Shown: piece by piece, positions 1 through 9,376 of the stretch
How the letters are laid out: each line of letters starts with the position of its first letter
Numbering within the stretch: the stretch's first letter is position 1
Virus record (IMG/VR): IMGVR_UViG_3300029880_000003
Location: 2,978 to 66,977 of that record
Reading direction: 5' to 3' (one strand)
Source of the DNA: a virus
Taxonomy: Duplodnaviria > Heunggongvirae > Uroviricota > Caudoviricetes
Length of the DNA: 64,000 nucleotides
Translations under genes and position numbers: made by a program
Notes under the pieces: generated by a model
The model's database searches: none
What the model was told of the DNA's origin: nothing
What the model saw: only the letters and a program-made list of their open reading frames with translations

Positions 1-13
1 ATTTATTCAGAGA

Positions 14-630
14 TTGCAACGACATAAATTTAAGTTTGAAGATAAAAGTTTTGATGAATTATACGCCGAGTATCCGAAGTGTAAGTCTGCTTTGCAGTGG
101 TGGTGCAATAGAAATAAAACATATTCTTTTAATATTAGTGGGCATAAATACTTAAAGGAATTTCTTATAGCTAACCCGCCAACATTTAACATTTCAAATA
201 AATGCTGTAAATATGCAAAGAAGGATGTAGTACACAAGGCAATCTCAGAAAACGGATACGACTTAAACATATATGGTGTAAGAAAGGCAGAGGGCGGAGC
301 TAGAGCTAAGGCGTATAAAATTGCTTTGATAAAAATGACGATGCTTCTGACAATTATAGACCTCTATTTTTCTACAAAGATGATGACAAAATTGAATATG
401 AATTAGCGTTCGATGTTATACATAGCAAGTGTTATACAGAATATGGTCTTGACAGAACTGGTTGCGCTGGTTGCCCATTTGGTAAGGATTTTGAATTCGA
501 GCTAGACGTTATCGAGAAATTCGAACCGAAACTATACAGGGCTGCGAACAAAATTTTCGGAGATAGCTACGAATATACTAGAAAATACAGAGAGTTTCGC
601 AAGAATATGGACGAGCAGAATATTGGATGA
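14..630 (+). pseudogene. PAPS-reductase-family protein, probably 5'-truncated by the window, with an apparent frameshift at A4 317-320
   Basis: CCKYAKK and GVRKAEGGARA lie in ORF 14..406. The continuation NCFDKNDD...RPLFFY...RTGCAGCPFG...NIG* (TGA 628-630) is in the -1 frame. Confidence 0.65.
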
Positions 631-692
631 GTAGCGACTGCACACATCCTTGGTCATATGAAATGATAAAATATCTATTTTAAGGAGTTAAT

Positions 693-875
693 ATGTATGA
701 TGTTATTGAGCAGCTTGAAAACTGGGTAAAAGAAAATTATAATAACTACGCTACTGAATATACTTATGAACGCTCAGAAGGTAACAGTTCCGACTGTTTT
801 GAAGATGGATTTGAATGTGGTACAAGTCTCGCCGCATTTGAGGTTGGTAAGATTCTAGGTATGGATATTGAGTAA
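693..875 (+). CDS. small acidic hypothetical phage protein
   Basis: 60-aa ORF with AAGGAG RBS. Confidence 0.75.
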   Translation: MYDVIEQLENWVKENYNNYATEYTYERSEGNSSDCFEDGFECGTSLAAFEVGKILGMDIE

Positions 876-901
876 CAAAACATTTACTTTAAGGAACGAT
901 T

Positions 902-1072
902 ATGTGTGATAATACAAAGCCAACTCAATGTATAGATCCAGAAATGAAGTTTTGTCAAGAATGCAAATATGGACATTGCATATATCCAGAGGATATTGAA
1001 ACAAGCGAAGATTTAGATGGGTGTTGTTTTGACACTTCTTGTATGTATGATTTTGATAAGGAAGAAGGTTAA
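902..1072 (+). CDS. 56-aa Cys-rich hypothetical protein (MCDNTKPTQCIDPEMKFCQECKYGHC...)
   Basis: Read manually; AAGGA RBS at 891-895; fills the gap between neighbours. Confidence 0.7.
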   Translation: MCDNTKPTQCIDPEMKFCQECKYGHCIYPEDIETSEDLDGCCFDTSCMYDFDKEEG

Positions 1073-1075
1073 AAC

Positions 1076-1303
1076 ATGAGAGACACAGATAGGATTGACA
1101 GGATTTGCGGTAAACTAGATATACTTTGGCATGAGTACCCAGACCAAAGATTAGGACAGTTGATTGTAAATTATTTGATGAATGAAGAGGATGTGTTTTG
1201 GCAAGACGATGATGTAACGGAATCGAGATTGGATTCATTTCTTAATAAAAATAGTACAGCGGAACAGCTTGCTGTTATGAAAGAAGTTATTATGAATTTA
1301 TAA
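1076..1303 (+). CDS. hypothetical phage protein (MRD..RI...W..YPD.RLGQL motif)
   Basis: ORF track; motif common in small phage proteins. Confidence 0.75.
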   Translation: MRDTDRIDRICGKLDILWHEYPDQRLGQLIVNYLMNEEDVFWQDDDVTESRLDSFLNKNSTAEQLAVMKEVIMNL

Positions 1304-1318
1304 AAGTAAGGGGTTGTA

Positions 1319-1597
1319 ATGCTATCGTTTTATTTATCAACCGTAATTGTTTGGATGATTATTTTTTTGTGTGTACTTAAATTGTGTTCAAAAACATTCT
1401 TAAAACGATACGGCGAGTACGTCAACATTGATAAGAAGCATAGCGAAGTTAAATCTTTTGTTGGTTTGTTCGTTATATCCGCTGTGCCGATCATTCGTCT
1501 TCTCATTATGATTTCGCTTTTCTATATGACGTTCTGTTCAGAAGAGAATTCTAAGGACATTGCCGAAAGACTAAAGAAGGAAAGCGAAGATGATTGA
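1319..1597 (+). CDS. small membrane protein
   Basis: Two hydrophobic segments. Confidence 0.7.
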   Translation: MLSFYLSTVIVWMIIFLCVLKLCSKTFLKRYGEYVNIDKKHSEVKSFVGLFVISAVPIIRLLIMISLFYMTFCSEENSKDIAERLKKESEDD

Positions 1598-1796
1598 GGC
1601 AACTGTGAAATATTATTGCGATAGATGCAGGAAAGAGATTGTGTCTAAACCTCTGTTGCCGACTCTTTACTATCGCATGGCTCTCAGTTCATCGAAGTTA
1701 GAATGGTTTGAAGGTTTGTCACATGAAAAGCAGCTTTGCAATGAGTGTGGGGAAGAGCTTAAGAAGTTTCTAGATGGTACAGAGTTAAAGAATTAA
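1590..1796 (+). CDS. small Zn-ribbon protein
   Basis: CDRC...CNEC. Confidence 0.75.
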   Translation: MIEATVKYYCDRCRKEIVSKPLLPTLYYRMALSSSKLEWFEGLSHEKQLCNECGEELKKFLDGTELKN

Positions 1797-1819
1797 AACA
1801 TTTATTTTAAGGAATAGAT

Positions 1820-2194
1820 ATGAAGAAAGATAGAACCCTCAACGAATGCAATGAGAAAGAAATTAGAGAGCTGTTGCTTGGGCATAAAATTGTAGCAGAC
1901 GAAGCCAGTGATAATCTTGTTCTTGATAACGGTACACTACTTCAGATTAATCCGAATATTGGATGTAGTGGATGTGAATCGGGAAACTATTATTTGCAGC
2001 ATATTGCATCTGTAAATAATGCCATTACAAATGTTGAGTTTGTTGAAGTTTATGGTAACTACCATAAGCATTATAAGATTTTCGTGATTGCAGATGGTAT
2101 GACAACAGAACTGCTTGACGTATATGGTACAGATGGCAATGGCTATTATGGCACTGGATATGAGATTGATGTGTATCTGCCAGACGAAGATTAA
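1820..2194 (+). CDS. hypothetical phage protein
   Basis: 124-aa ORF, RBS, GCSGC and GNGYYG motifs. Confidence 0.75.
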   Translation: MKKDRTLNECNEKEIRELLLGHKIVADEASDNLVLDNGTLLQINPNIGCSGCESGNYYLQHIASVNNAITNVEFVEVYGNYHKHYKIFVIADGMTTELLDVYGTDGNGYYGTGYEIDVYLPDED

Positions 2195-2217
2195 AACATT
2201 TGTTCTAAGGAATTGAC

Positions 2218-2385
2218 ATGCAAAACAAAAAAATAAAAAGGAGTTGCTATAATTGTAAATACATTAGACAAGACCTCCTTACGCTCTTTCCAACATTTTG
2301 GTGTGACAATCCAAAAAGCTCAGTAAGTGAGATTACTCCTGAACGAAAATATTGTGTGAAATTTGAACCTGATTTTAAGGATTGA
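2218..2385 (+). CDS. 55-aa Cys-rich hypothetical protein (MQNKKIKRSCYNCKY...)
   Basis: Read manually; AAGGA RBS; CxxC..C..C pattern. Confidence 0.6.
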   Translation: MQNKKIKRSCYNCKYIRQDLLTLFPTFWCDNPKSSVSEITPERKYCVKFEPDFKD

Positions 2386-2387
2386 TC

Positions 2388-2780
2388 ATGGAAACTAAGT
2401 TTATTGAGCGTTTTGATAATAAGAGAAATGAAATCAAAGAACACTTAGCATCCCTACTAGATACTTGTAAAGACGATATTATTTATGATGATATTGTACG
2501 CATTGTCATTGATGCTATACACGAAGATGATGGCGATCCAGATCCAAATGCAATCCATGAAATAGACGATGGTGATTATCAGGGGACGTTGTTGTTCGTA
2601 ATTCCAGAAGACCGTTATCAACCATATGACTATTGGTATGTAAGAGTTGAATATGGTTCATGTAGCGTTTGTGACACTCTGGAAGGCATTCTTTATGATT
2701 CAGACGATAGAGATCAGCAGATAAATGATTTGCTTACTCTCGCGTTGCATATTTTTCAGGGATTAAACAAACTAGATTAA
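2388..2780 (+). CDS. acidic hypothetical phage protein
   Basis: ORF with YGSCSVCD motif; ATG at 2388. Confidence 0.75.
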   Translation: METKFIERFDNKRNEIKEHLASLLDTCKDDIIYDDIVRIVIDAIHEDDGDPDPNAIHEIDDGDYQGTLLFVIPEDRYQPYDYWYVRVEYGSCSVCDTLEGILYDSDDRDQQINDLLTLALHIFQGLNKLD

Positions 2781-2930
2781 GTTAAAAACATCTGTTGCAA
2801 GAAGTCGTTCGTGTCGTTTATATTACGTTTGTAACTATATAAGTAATAAGCATAGTTAAAACGACACGATGTTTGAGAAATGTTTGCAAGACTAGATATA
2901 CTTTAATTCGTCTAATAAGGAAGGTAACAA

Positions 2931-3110
2931 ATGAAAGCTAAAGAACTAGCAGAAGAGTTGCTAAAGTATCCAGACTTCGATGTTCAGGCTTCTGTTTGTG
3001 TTAGTCTACCGACTTATGATAAGCCATATGAAGAATATGAATATTGTGAAGTATATGGTATCGATTATGTTATACCAGAAGAAAAGGTTATACTTCTTGA
3101 TGTAAACTAA
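2931..3110 (+). CDS. 59-aa hypothetical protein (MKAKELAEELLKYPDFDV...)
   Basis: Read manually; AAGGAAGG RBS. Confidence 0.7.
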   Translation: MKAKELAEELLKYPDFDVQASVCVSLPTYDKPYEEYEYCEVYGIDYVIPEEKVILLDVN

Positions 3111-3127
3111 ATCGTTTTGAGAACGGA

Positions 3128-3409
3128 GTGAAAATGTCTCGGTCTTATAAGAGAACTCCTTGCTACCAAGATAACCGTGGCATGAAGAAGATCTTCAATC
3201 GTAGGCTTCGCCGCAGCTCTAAGTGTCAGGACATTCCTTCTGGCAAGGCTTACCGCAAAGTAAATGAGACTTGGGATCAGTGTGATTATAAGCTTGGTTG
3301 GAACAGTTATAATGATTACAAGAAAGACATGGAGTCTTTTTATAAGCATTATGGTGGCGAGTACGGCGAACGTGATGAAGATTATTGGCGTAAGTTGATT
3401 GGAAAATAG
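3128..3409 (+). CDS. basic hypothetical phage protein
   Basis: ORF track (MSRSYKRTP...). Confidence 0.7.
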   Translation: MKMSRSYKRTPCYQDNRGMKKIFNRRLRRSSKCQDIPSGKAYRKVNETWDQCDYKLGWNSYNDYKKDMESFYKHYGGEYGERDEDYWRKLIGK

Positions 3410-3710
3410 ATTAGTTAAAGGGATAAGAATGAAAAAGATATGCACATTTTTCATCGTTGCTTGTCTATTCTTTTTTGGGTTTCTGTTCGAATGCTCGAAT
3501 AAGGTCGAAGCAAAGAGCAATGATGCGCCAGGTTTGCCTAGCAATTTTATTGTTGTAGAAGAAGCGGATGCGAGTATGGGTTGGACGGGTACAGTTGTAG
3601 ATAGGGATACTAATGTCGTTTATCTGTACTCTATCTATGCTACAAATGTTTTCCCCGAAGTAGAGCTTGTTCCTCTTTACAATCCTGATGGTTCTCTGAA
3701 GGTATGTTAA
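3399..3710 (+). CDS. small protein with N-terminal signal/TM segment
   Basis: MKKICTFFIVACLFFFG; VDRDTNVVY..PLYNPDG. Confidence 0.65.
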   Translation: MENRLVKGIRMKKICTFFIVACLFFFGFLFECSNKVEAKSNDAPGLPSNFIVVEEADASMGWTGTVVDRDTNVVYLYSIYATNVFPEVELVPLYNPDGSLKVC

Positions 3711-3711
3711 T

Positions 3712-4041
3712 ATGATTAATGCCTATGAAGCACACATGATTGCTAAGCAGAAGTGTTCTGGCGCTAGTATTCTTATCGAAGATATTGCACAAGCGATAGA
3801 ACATAGGGCGCAATCTGGTCTTAAATATCTTGATTATGATTTGAACATGTGTTCATCGAGGGTTTTTAAAGAGAGGTTCCTTAATCGTACCAACAACGAA
3901 GAGCAAACTAGAATGCTTCAATATATCGAACACTATTTTTCTTTGCTTGGCTATAATGTAGATGCTTTTAGTAAAGAGAAAAACGATATTATTAAAATTA
4001 ATTGGTTTTATCCTTATAACATGAAAGACTGGTATGAATAA
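3712..4041 (+). CDS. hypothetical protein
   Basis: ORF track, tight packing with neighbours. Confidence 0.7.
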   Translation: MINAYEAHMIAKQKCSGASILIEDIAQAIEHRAQSGLKYLDYDLNMCSSRVFKERFLNRTNNEEQTRMLQYIEHYFSLLGYNVDAFSKEKNDIIKINWFYPYNMKDWYE

Positions 4042-4120
4042 TGGTATCAAATATTATTTTTGTAATTTGGATTATACTGGCTATAGTATGTGTTGTATGT
4101 TTTTATTCTGAGAGGTAGAT

Positions 4121-4423
4121 ATGAGTATTTATATTGTTCATTTCTCAGATTACGATAACGATTTCTCAATTAGATACTTCATGAATAAAGAAGATACCGA
4201 AGCTTGTGCTGAATACTATAATGAAACAGAACCTAGTGTGTATTTTGATAATGCATATGAAGTAGAAGAGTATGATTTAGATGATACAGATTACGCCATA
4301 TTGTTAAAAGAGATTGAGGAGAAAAAACAGAGGGAACTTGAAGCCATACAAGAAGCTGAACGAGAAGCCATTAAGCAGAAAGAACTTGCTGAACTTGCCA
4401 GGCTGAAAGCAAAGTACGAATAA
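4121..4423 (+). CDS. hypothetical protein with C-terminal coiled coil
   Basis: GAGG RBS; ends ELAELARLKAKYE. Confidence 0.75.
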   Translation: MSIYIVHFSDYDNDFSIRYFMNKEDTEACAEYYNETEPSVYFDNAYEVEEYDLDDTDYAILLKEIEEKKQRELEAIQEAEREAIKQKELAELARLKAKYE

Positions 4424-4446
4424 TAGACAACTTACAGGAGTATAAA

Positions 4447-5271
4447 ATGCCAGTGAAAGATGAACTCGGAAAGAGAATGAAGGAGTATTACGAGAATATT
4501 CCTAAGACAAAGCTGATGCGTAGAACACCAGTTGCAATTAGACTTGATGGCAAGGCATTCCACACTTTTACTAGAGGTTTTGAAAAGCCATTTGATAACG
4601 TAATAACCGCTTCTATGCAAGAAACGATGAAGTATCTTTGCGAGAACGTTCAAGGTTGCGTGCTTGGGTATACTCAGTCTGATGAGATCACATTGATTCT
4701 TATAGACTACAAGAAGCTTGATACTTCTGCATGGTTTGATTATGAAGTGCAGAAGATGTGCAGTGTAGCTGCAAGCATGGCAACTATGGCGTTTAATAAA
4801 GAATTTGATAAGCAGCAGTTTAAATGGCTGAGAAACAATTGTCCAGTTTTTTGGTATGATGAGAATTGTCAAGAAGTTGATAAAGAAAAACATGACATAT
4901 ATCGCACCTATAATACAGCAGGCGCAAAAGGCGCAATGTTTGATGCAAGAGTATTCAATATTCCAAAGGAAGAAGTGACTAACCTTATTTATTGGAGGCA
5001 GCTAGACGCGATTAGAAACAGCATTCAGATGGTTGGTCAAGCAAACTTCTCTCATAAAGAATTGCAAAATAAGACTTGCAACCAAATCAAAGACATGCTT
5101 CTAGATCGGAAGGATATCAATTGGGATGACTTGCCTACGTATAAGAAGATGGGAAGTTGCTGTATTAAGAAGAAGTTAGATAACGGTAGAACTTGTTGGG
5201 ATATTGATACTGATATTCCTGTCTTCAAGGATGAAGGCAGAGAGTACATTGACAGTTTAATTCATTTTTAA
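4447..5271 (+). CDS. thg1: tRNA-His guanylyltransferase (Thg1)-like 3'-5' polymerase
   Basis: RLDGKAFHTFT, YTQSDEI, FDAR and WRQ.DA.RNS motifs. Confidence 0.92.
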   Translation: MPVKDELGKRMKEYYENIPKTKLMRRTPVAIRLDGKAFHTFTRGFEKPFDNVITASMQETMKYLCENVQGCVLGYTQSDEITLILIDYKKLDTSAWFDYEVQKMCSVAASMATMAFNKEFDKQQFKWLRNNCPVFWYDENCQEVDKEKHDIYRTYNTAGAKGAMFDARVFNIPKEEVTNLIYWRQLDAIRNSIQMVGQANFSHKELQNKTCNQIKDMLLDRKDINWDDLPTYKKMGSCCIKKKLDNGRTCWDIDTDIPVFKDEGREYIDSLIHF

Positions 5272-5284
5272 GAAAGGTACTATT

Positions 5285-5518
5285 ATGAGAAACGTTGTTG
5301 GTCTTTTGGTTATGATTATCGGCATCATCGCTGGGTTGTATGTCGGTGTATGGCTGATGTTTATTCAGCCAATTCTCGAAGCTTGTCAGGCTTTTGACGC
5401 TGGTACTCTAACTGGTGTGACAGTTGGTATTACGGTGCTGAAGTGTATTTTTGCTAGTGCCGTAGGATGGTTTATTGCTTATGTTGGTATGGCTGTTGGT
5501 GGACTTATTCGAGATTAA
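5285..5518 (+). CDS. small membrane protein
   Basis: Two hydrophobic helices. Confidence 0.7.
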   Translation: MRNVVGLLVMIIGIIAGLYVGVWLMFIQPILEACQAFDAGTLTGVTVGITVLKCIFASAVGWFIAYVGMAVGGLIRD

Positions 5519-5690
5519 GAATGGAGAAGATAACTATGAGCGTTGAATTTGAAGTTGATATGGGATATTTGGTAGAATATGACGAGCTTGATTGCGTGGT
5601 TCTGCATGATGAAAATGGCGAGATGGAGTCAATGATATTTATTCCTGAAGAGAAACAAGAGTAGTTAAGTTAAGATTGGAGTAAATTGTT

Positions 5691-6170
5691 ATGAGTGAGA
5701 AATCTATGAAAGATATTGATTACATTAGGGTACATAATTGCGGAGCTTTTAGCTATGATTGGAATTGGATGATTGACCCGAAAAAATGGGATAAGTTTAT
5801 TGACAGTTTTATTGACTCTCTAGGAAAATCAAACGAAGAAAAGCCGCACATTCCAGATATCAAGAATGTTATTTTCCACGATCCAGCCACTATCGTATGG
5901 TGGGAAGATGGTACCAAGACGGTCGTGAAGGCTTATGAGGACAAGTTTGATGCCGAGAAGGGTCTGACTATGGCTATTGCAAAGAAGGCTCTTGGTAACA
6001 AGGGTAATTACTATGAAGTTATCAAGAAATGGGTTGGAGACTTGATGCCCAGGTGTGAAGGTGTTGCCGAGAAGAAGACTCTGAAGAAGAGTAAGAAGAA
6101 TGGCGATGTCGGAGAAGAAACAAAGAAGACTGTTGAGTATGAGCGTAAGAACAAGAAGAAGCGAAATTAA
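5691..6170 (+). CDS. conserved hypothetical phage protein
   Basis: VIFHDPATIVWWEDGTKTVVK...FDAEKGLTMAIAKK motif. Confidence 0.75.
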   Translation: MSEKSMKDIDYIRVHNCGAFSYDWNWMIDPKKWDKFIDSFIDSLGKSNEEKPHIPDIKNVIFHDPATIVWWEDGTKTVVKAYEDKFDAEKGLTMAIAKKALGNKGNYYEVIKKWVGDLMPRCEGVAEKKTLKKSKKNGDVGEETKKTVEYERKNKKKRN

Positions 6171-6194
6171 TTATTTCTTGGTTTACTAATAAAT

Positions 6195-6208
6195 ATATAT
6201 GCTATAAT
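6195..6208 (+). promoter_or_regulatory. extended -10 promoter element (TGnTATAAT) upstream of dnaE
   Basis: ATATATGCTATAAT; identical 14-mer at 19901-19914. Confidence 0.6.
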
Positions 6209-6254
6209 AAGGGAGACAATGTTCTCCCTATTTTTATATCGAAAGAGTGAGTAT

Positions 6255-9200
6255 ATGCAACGATATATTAATTTTCACCGCCATAGTCATTACAGCAACA
6301 TTAGGAGTCTTGACTGTATCTCGAAACCAGAAGACTACATGAAAAGAGCTGTTGAGTTAGGACATAAAGAATATGTAACGACTGAGCATGGATTTCAAGG
6401 CAATATCTTCGAAGCTTATACTTTGTGTCAGCAGTACGGACTTAAATGCGTGTATGGTGTCGAGGCATATTACGTTGATGACATGTATGACAAGACTTCC
6501 CGTGCAAATTACCATCTTATGCTTGTTGCTTTGACCGAAAAGGGACGTAGGGAAATCAATCGTATCATGTCTATAGCAAATGCGGACGGCTTCTATTATA
6601 AGCCACGCATCGATTTAAAATGTCTTCTTTCTCTTACGCCTACTGATACAATTATAACCACTGCATGTGTTCAATCACGCATGTTCAAAGGCGATGATTG
6701 GGAAGAGAAATTCCTTATTCCTGTATACAATCACTTCAAAGATAATTTCTATCTTGAGGTTCAAAATCATAATGAGCCAGTACAGATTGAACACAATAAG
6801 AAACTGCTTGAGGTTAAGAGAAAGTATAGGATTCAACTTATCCATGCAAACGATAGCCATTATATTTACCCAGAAGATGCTAAGTATCGTGACTTGTTTC
6901 TGAAAGCAAAGGGTATCTATTACGAAGACGAAAGTAATTTCATTCTTGATTATCCTGACTCGGATACTATTATTGAGCGATATAAAGAGCAAGGCGTGCT
7001 AAGTGAAGATGAAATCGCAGAAGCACTAAACAATACCCTTGTAATTGATAAAGCAGAAGGTATTAAGCTAGATAAAGAATTCAAGATTCCAAAAGTCACT
7101 GAAGGTGATAGCAACGCCGTTCTTCGTGGTATTATTCGTGACGCATGGAAAGAAGAAAAGAAGTATATTCCACAATATAGAATCAAGGAATATCAACAGG
7201 CAATTTATTATGAGACAAAGATTATCGAAGATTGCGGTATGGCAGACTACTTCATTCTCGATCATAAGATTGTTAAGAAAGCAGTAGATGAGTATGATGC
7301 TGTTCTTACTAGAAGTGGGCGAGGATCTGCTGTATCATTTTATGTTAATCATCTTCTTGGATTGACAGAGATTGATAGATTGGAATCTCCAATTACTTTA
7401 TATCCTACTCGTTTTATGAGCGCTGAACGTATTCTAAGTTCTCGTTCATTGCCAGATATCGACCTTAACTTTGCAGATGTGAAACCTGTTATTAAGGCAT
7501 CTAAGGATATTCTTGGAGAGGAAGGTATCTACTATATGGTAGCCTATAAACCTCTTCAGGAATCGTCTGCATTCAGACTATGGTGTAAAGCTATTGGTAT
7601 GCATATCGATGAATACAATGAAATCGCTAAAGATTTGGATAGCCATGTAAATGATAAGAAGTGGAGTCAGATAATCGAAGGTAGCAAGAGATTCAGAGGC
7701 GTAATCGAAAGTATTGCTCCTTCACCATGTTCATTCTTGCTTCTCGATAAGCCTATTCCAGACGAGGTAGGGCTTATTAGAGTTGGCAATGCAACTAATT
7801 ATGAAATGTGTTGTGCATTGGACGGATATAATTGCGATCAATATAAATATTTGAAGAATGATTACTTGACCGTCCGTGTGTGGTCAATCATCAGTGAGGT
7901 ATACAAATTAATTGGAAGACCGATTGATGATATTGCTACGCTTCTTAATAACTGCGATGAAAATGTTTGGGATATTTATGCAAATGGATTGACTACTACA
8001 ATCAACCAATCCGACTCTGATTTCGGCAAGCAAACTCTGAAGCGTTATAAACCTACATCATTGGCTGAAATGTCGGCTTGGGTAGCGGCTATTCGTCCTG
8101 GTTTTGCATCATTGCTTGATAACTTTCTTGATAGAAAGCCATATTCTACTGGTGTGAATGAGCTTGATGAAATCCTGAAAGATTCATTCCACTTCATGAT
8201 GTACCAGGAATCCATCATGAAGTACCTGGTATGGCTTGGAATTGAAGAAAAAGGAACATACGATATTATTAAGAAGATTGCTAAGAAGAAATTCAAGCAA
8301 AAGGAACTTGATGAATTGCAAAAGAAACTCGAAGAAGGCTGGGTAAAAAATGTAGGCACAATAGATGGCTTTGCAGAGACTTGGCAGGTAGTACAAGATG
8401 CGGCGCATTATTCCTTCAATGCATCGCATTCGTTAAGCGTAGCAGTTGACAGTATCTATGGTGCTTACTTAAAGTCTCATTATCCGCTAGAATATTATAC
8501 TGTAGTATTAACGTTATATGCAGATGATATGAATAGAACATCAAAGCTTATTGCGGAGATGCCATACTTTGATATCAAGATTCGATCAATCAAGTTCGGT
8601 AAATCATCTGCTGATTACACTATGGATAAGGATACGAATAGTATCTATCGTGGTCTTGCAAGTGTGAAATTCCTTAACCGTCAAATCGCCGATGAACTAC
8701 TTGAACTCTCGAAGAACAAGTACAACTCATTTATCGACTTGCTAAAGGACATCAATGAACATACGTCAGTGAACTCTAGGCAGCTAGAGATTCTTATTAA
8801 GCTCAACTTCTTCTCTGACTTTGGAAACAACAAGTATCTACTTGAAGTAGTAGACATCTACAGCAAGTTCGCAAACGCGAAGATTATTGCCAAGAAGAAG
8901 ATGGAAGAGCTTGGCGTGTCTGAGTTCCTTATGAAGAAGTACGCTGGACGCGAGACTAAATCCCAGTGGCGCGATCTCGATAATCAAGGTCTTATCAAAG
9001 AGCTTTGCAGTAAACTAGAGAACAAGCCATTAGATATCGTTAGTCAAGTCAAGGCAGACATGGAATATCTGGGATACAGCGACTACATCAATGAAAACAT
9101 GTCAGAAGATTACTACATTGTAACGGTGTATGATGACAAGTATGATTCATGTAGACCTAATGTAGTTTTGCGTAGAATCTGCGATGGTGAAGAGATTAAG

Positions 9201-9371
9201 AGTAGAATTAAACAGTCTAAGATATTCAAGGAAAACCCATTTGGCGAGTTCTCTATCTTGAGAATCGAAGGATTTACTTATGTGTATAAGAAGAAAAAGG
9301 TAGACAACAAATGGGTGTCAACCGATGAAACAGAACCAATCTTAGAGAACTATGAGTGCATGAAGGGATAG
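6255..9371 (+). CDS. dnaE: DNA polymerase III alpha subunit (family C)
   Basis: PHP domain HRHSHYS/TEHG, RGSAVS, PDIDLNF, YSFNASH; ATG 6255 preferred on RBS. Confidence 0.95.
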   Translation: MQRYINFHRHSHYSNIRSLDCISKPEDYMKRAVELGHKEYVTTEHGFQGNIFEAYTLCQQYGLKCVYGVEAYYVDDMYDKTSRANYHLMLVALTEKGRREINRIMSIANADGFYYKPRIDLKCLLSLTPTDTIITTACVQSRMFKGDDWEEKFLIPVYNHFKDNFYLEVQNHNEPVQIEHNKKLLEVKRKYRIQLIHANDSHYIYPEDAKYRDLFLKAKGIYYEDESNFILDYPDSDTIIERYKEQGVLSEDEIAEALNNTLVIDKAEGIKLDKEFKIPKVTEGDSNAVLRGIIRDAWKEEKKYIPQYRIKEYQQAIYYETKIIEDCGMADYFILDHKIVKKAVDEYDAVLTRSGRGSAVSFYVNHLLGLTEIDRLESPITLYPTRFMSAERILSSRSLPDIDLNFADVKPVIKASKDILGEEGIYYMVAYKPLQESSAFRLWCKAIGMHIDEYNEIAKDLDSHVNDKKWSQIIEGSKRFRGVIESIAPSPCSFLLLDKPIPDEVGLIRVGNATNYEMCCALDGYNCDQYKYLKNDYLTVRVWSIISEVYKLIGRPIDDIATLLNNCDENVWDIYANGLTTTINQSDSDFGKQTLKRYKPTSLAEMSAWVAAIRPGFASLLDNFLDRKPYSTGVNELDEILKDSFHFMMYQESIMKYLVWLGIEEKGTYDIIKKIAKKKFKQKELDELQKKLEEGWVKNVGTIDGFAETWQVVQDAAHYSFNASHSLSVAVDSIYGAYLKSHYPLEYYTVVLTLYADDMNRTSKLIAEMPYFDIKIRSIKFGKSSADYTMDKDTNSIYRGLASVKFLNRQIADELLELSKNKYNSFIDLLKDINEHTSVNSRQLEILIKLNFFSDFGNNKYLLEVVDIYSKFANAKIIAKKKMEELGVSEFLMKKYAGRETKSQWRDLDNQGLIKELCSKLENKPLDIVSQVKADMEYLGYSDYINENMSEDYYIVTVYDDKYDSCRPNVVLRRICDGEEIKSRIKQSKIFKENPFGEFSILRIEGFTYVYKKKKVDNKWVSTDETEPILENYECMKG

Positions 9372-9376
9372 ATGCG

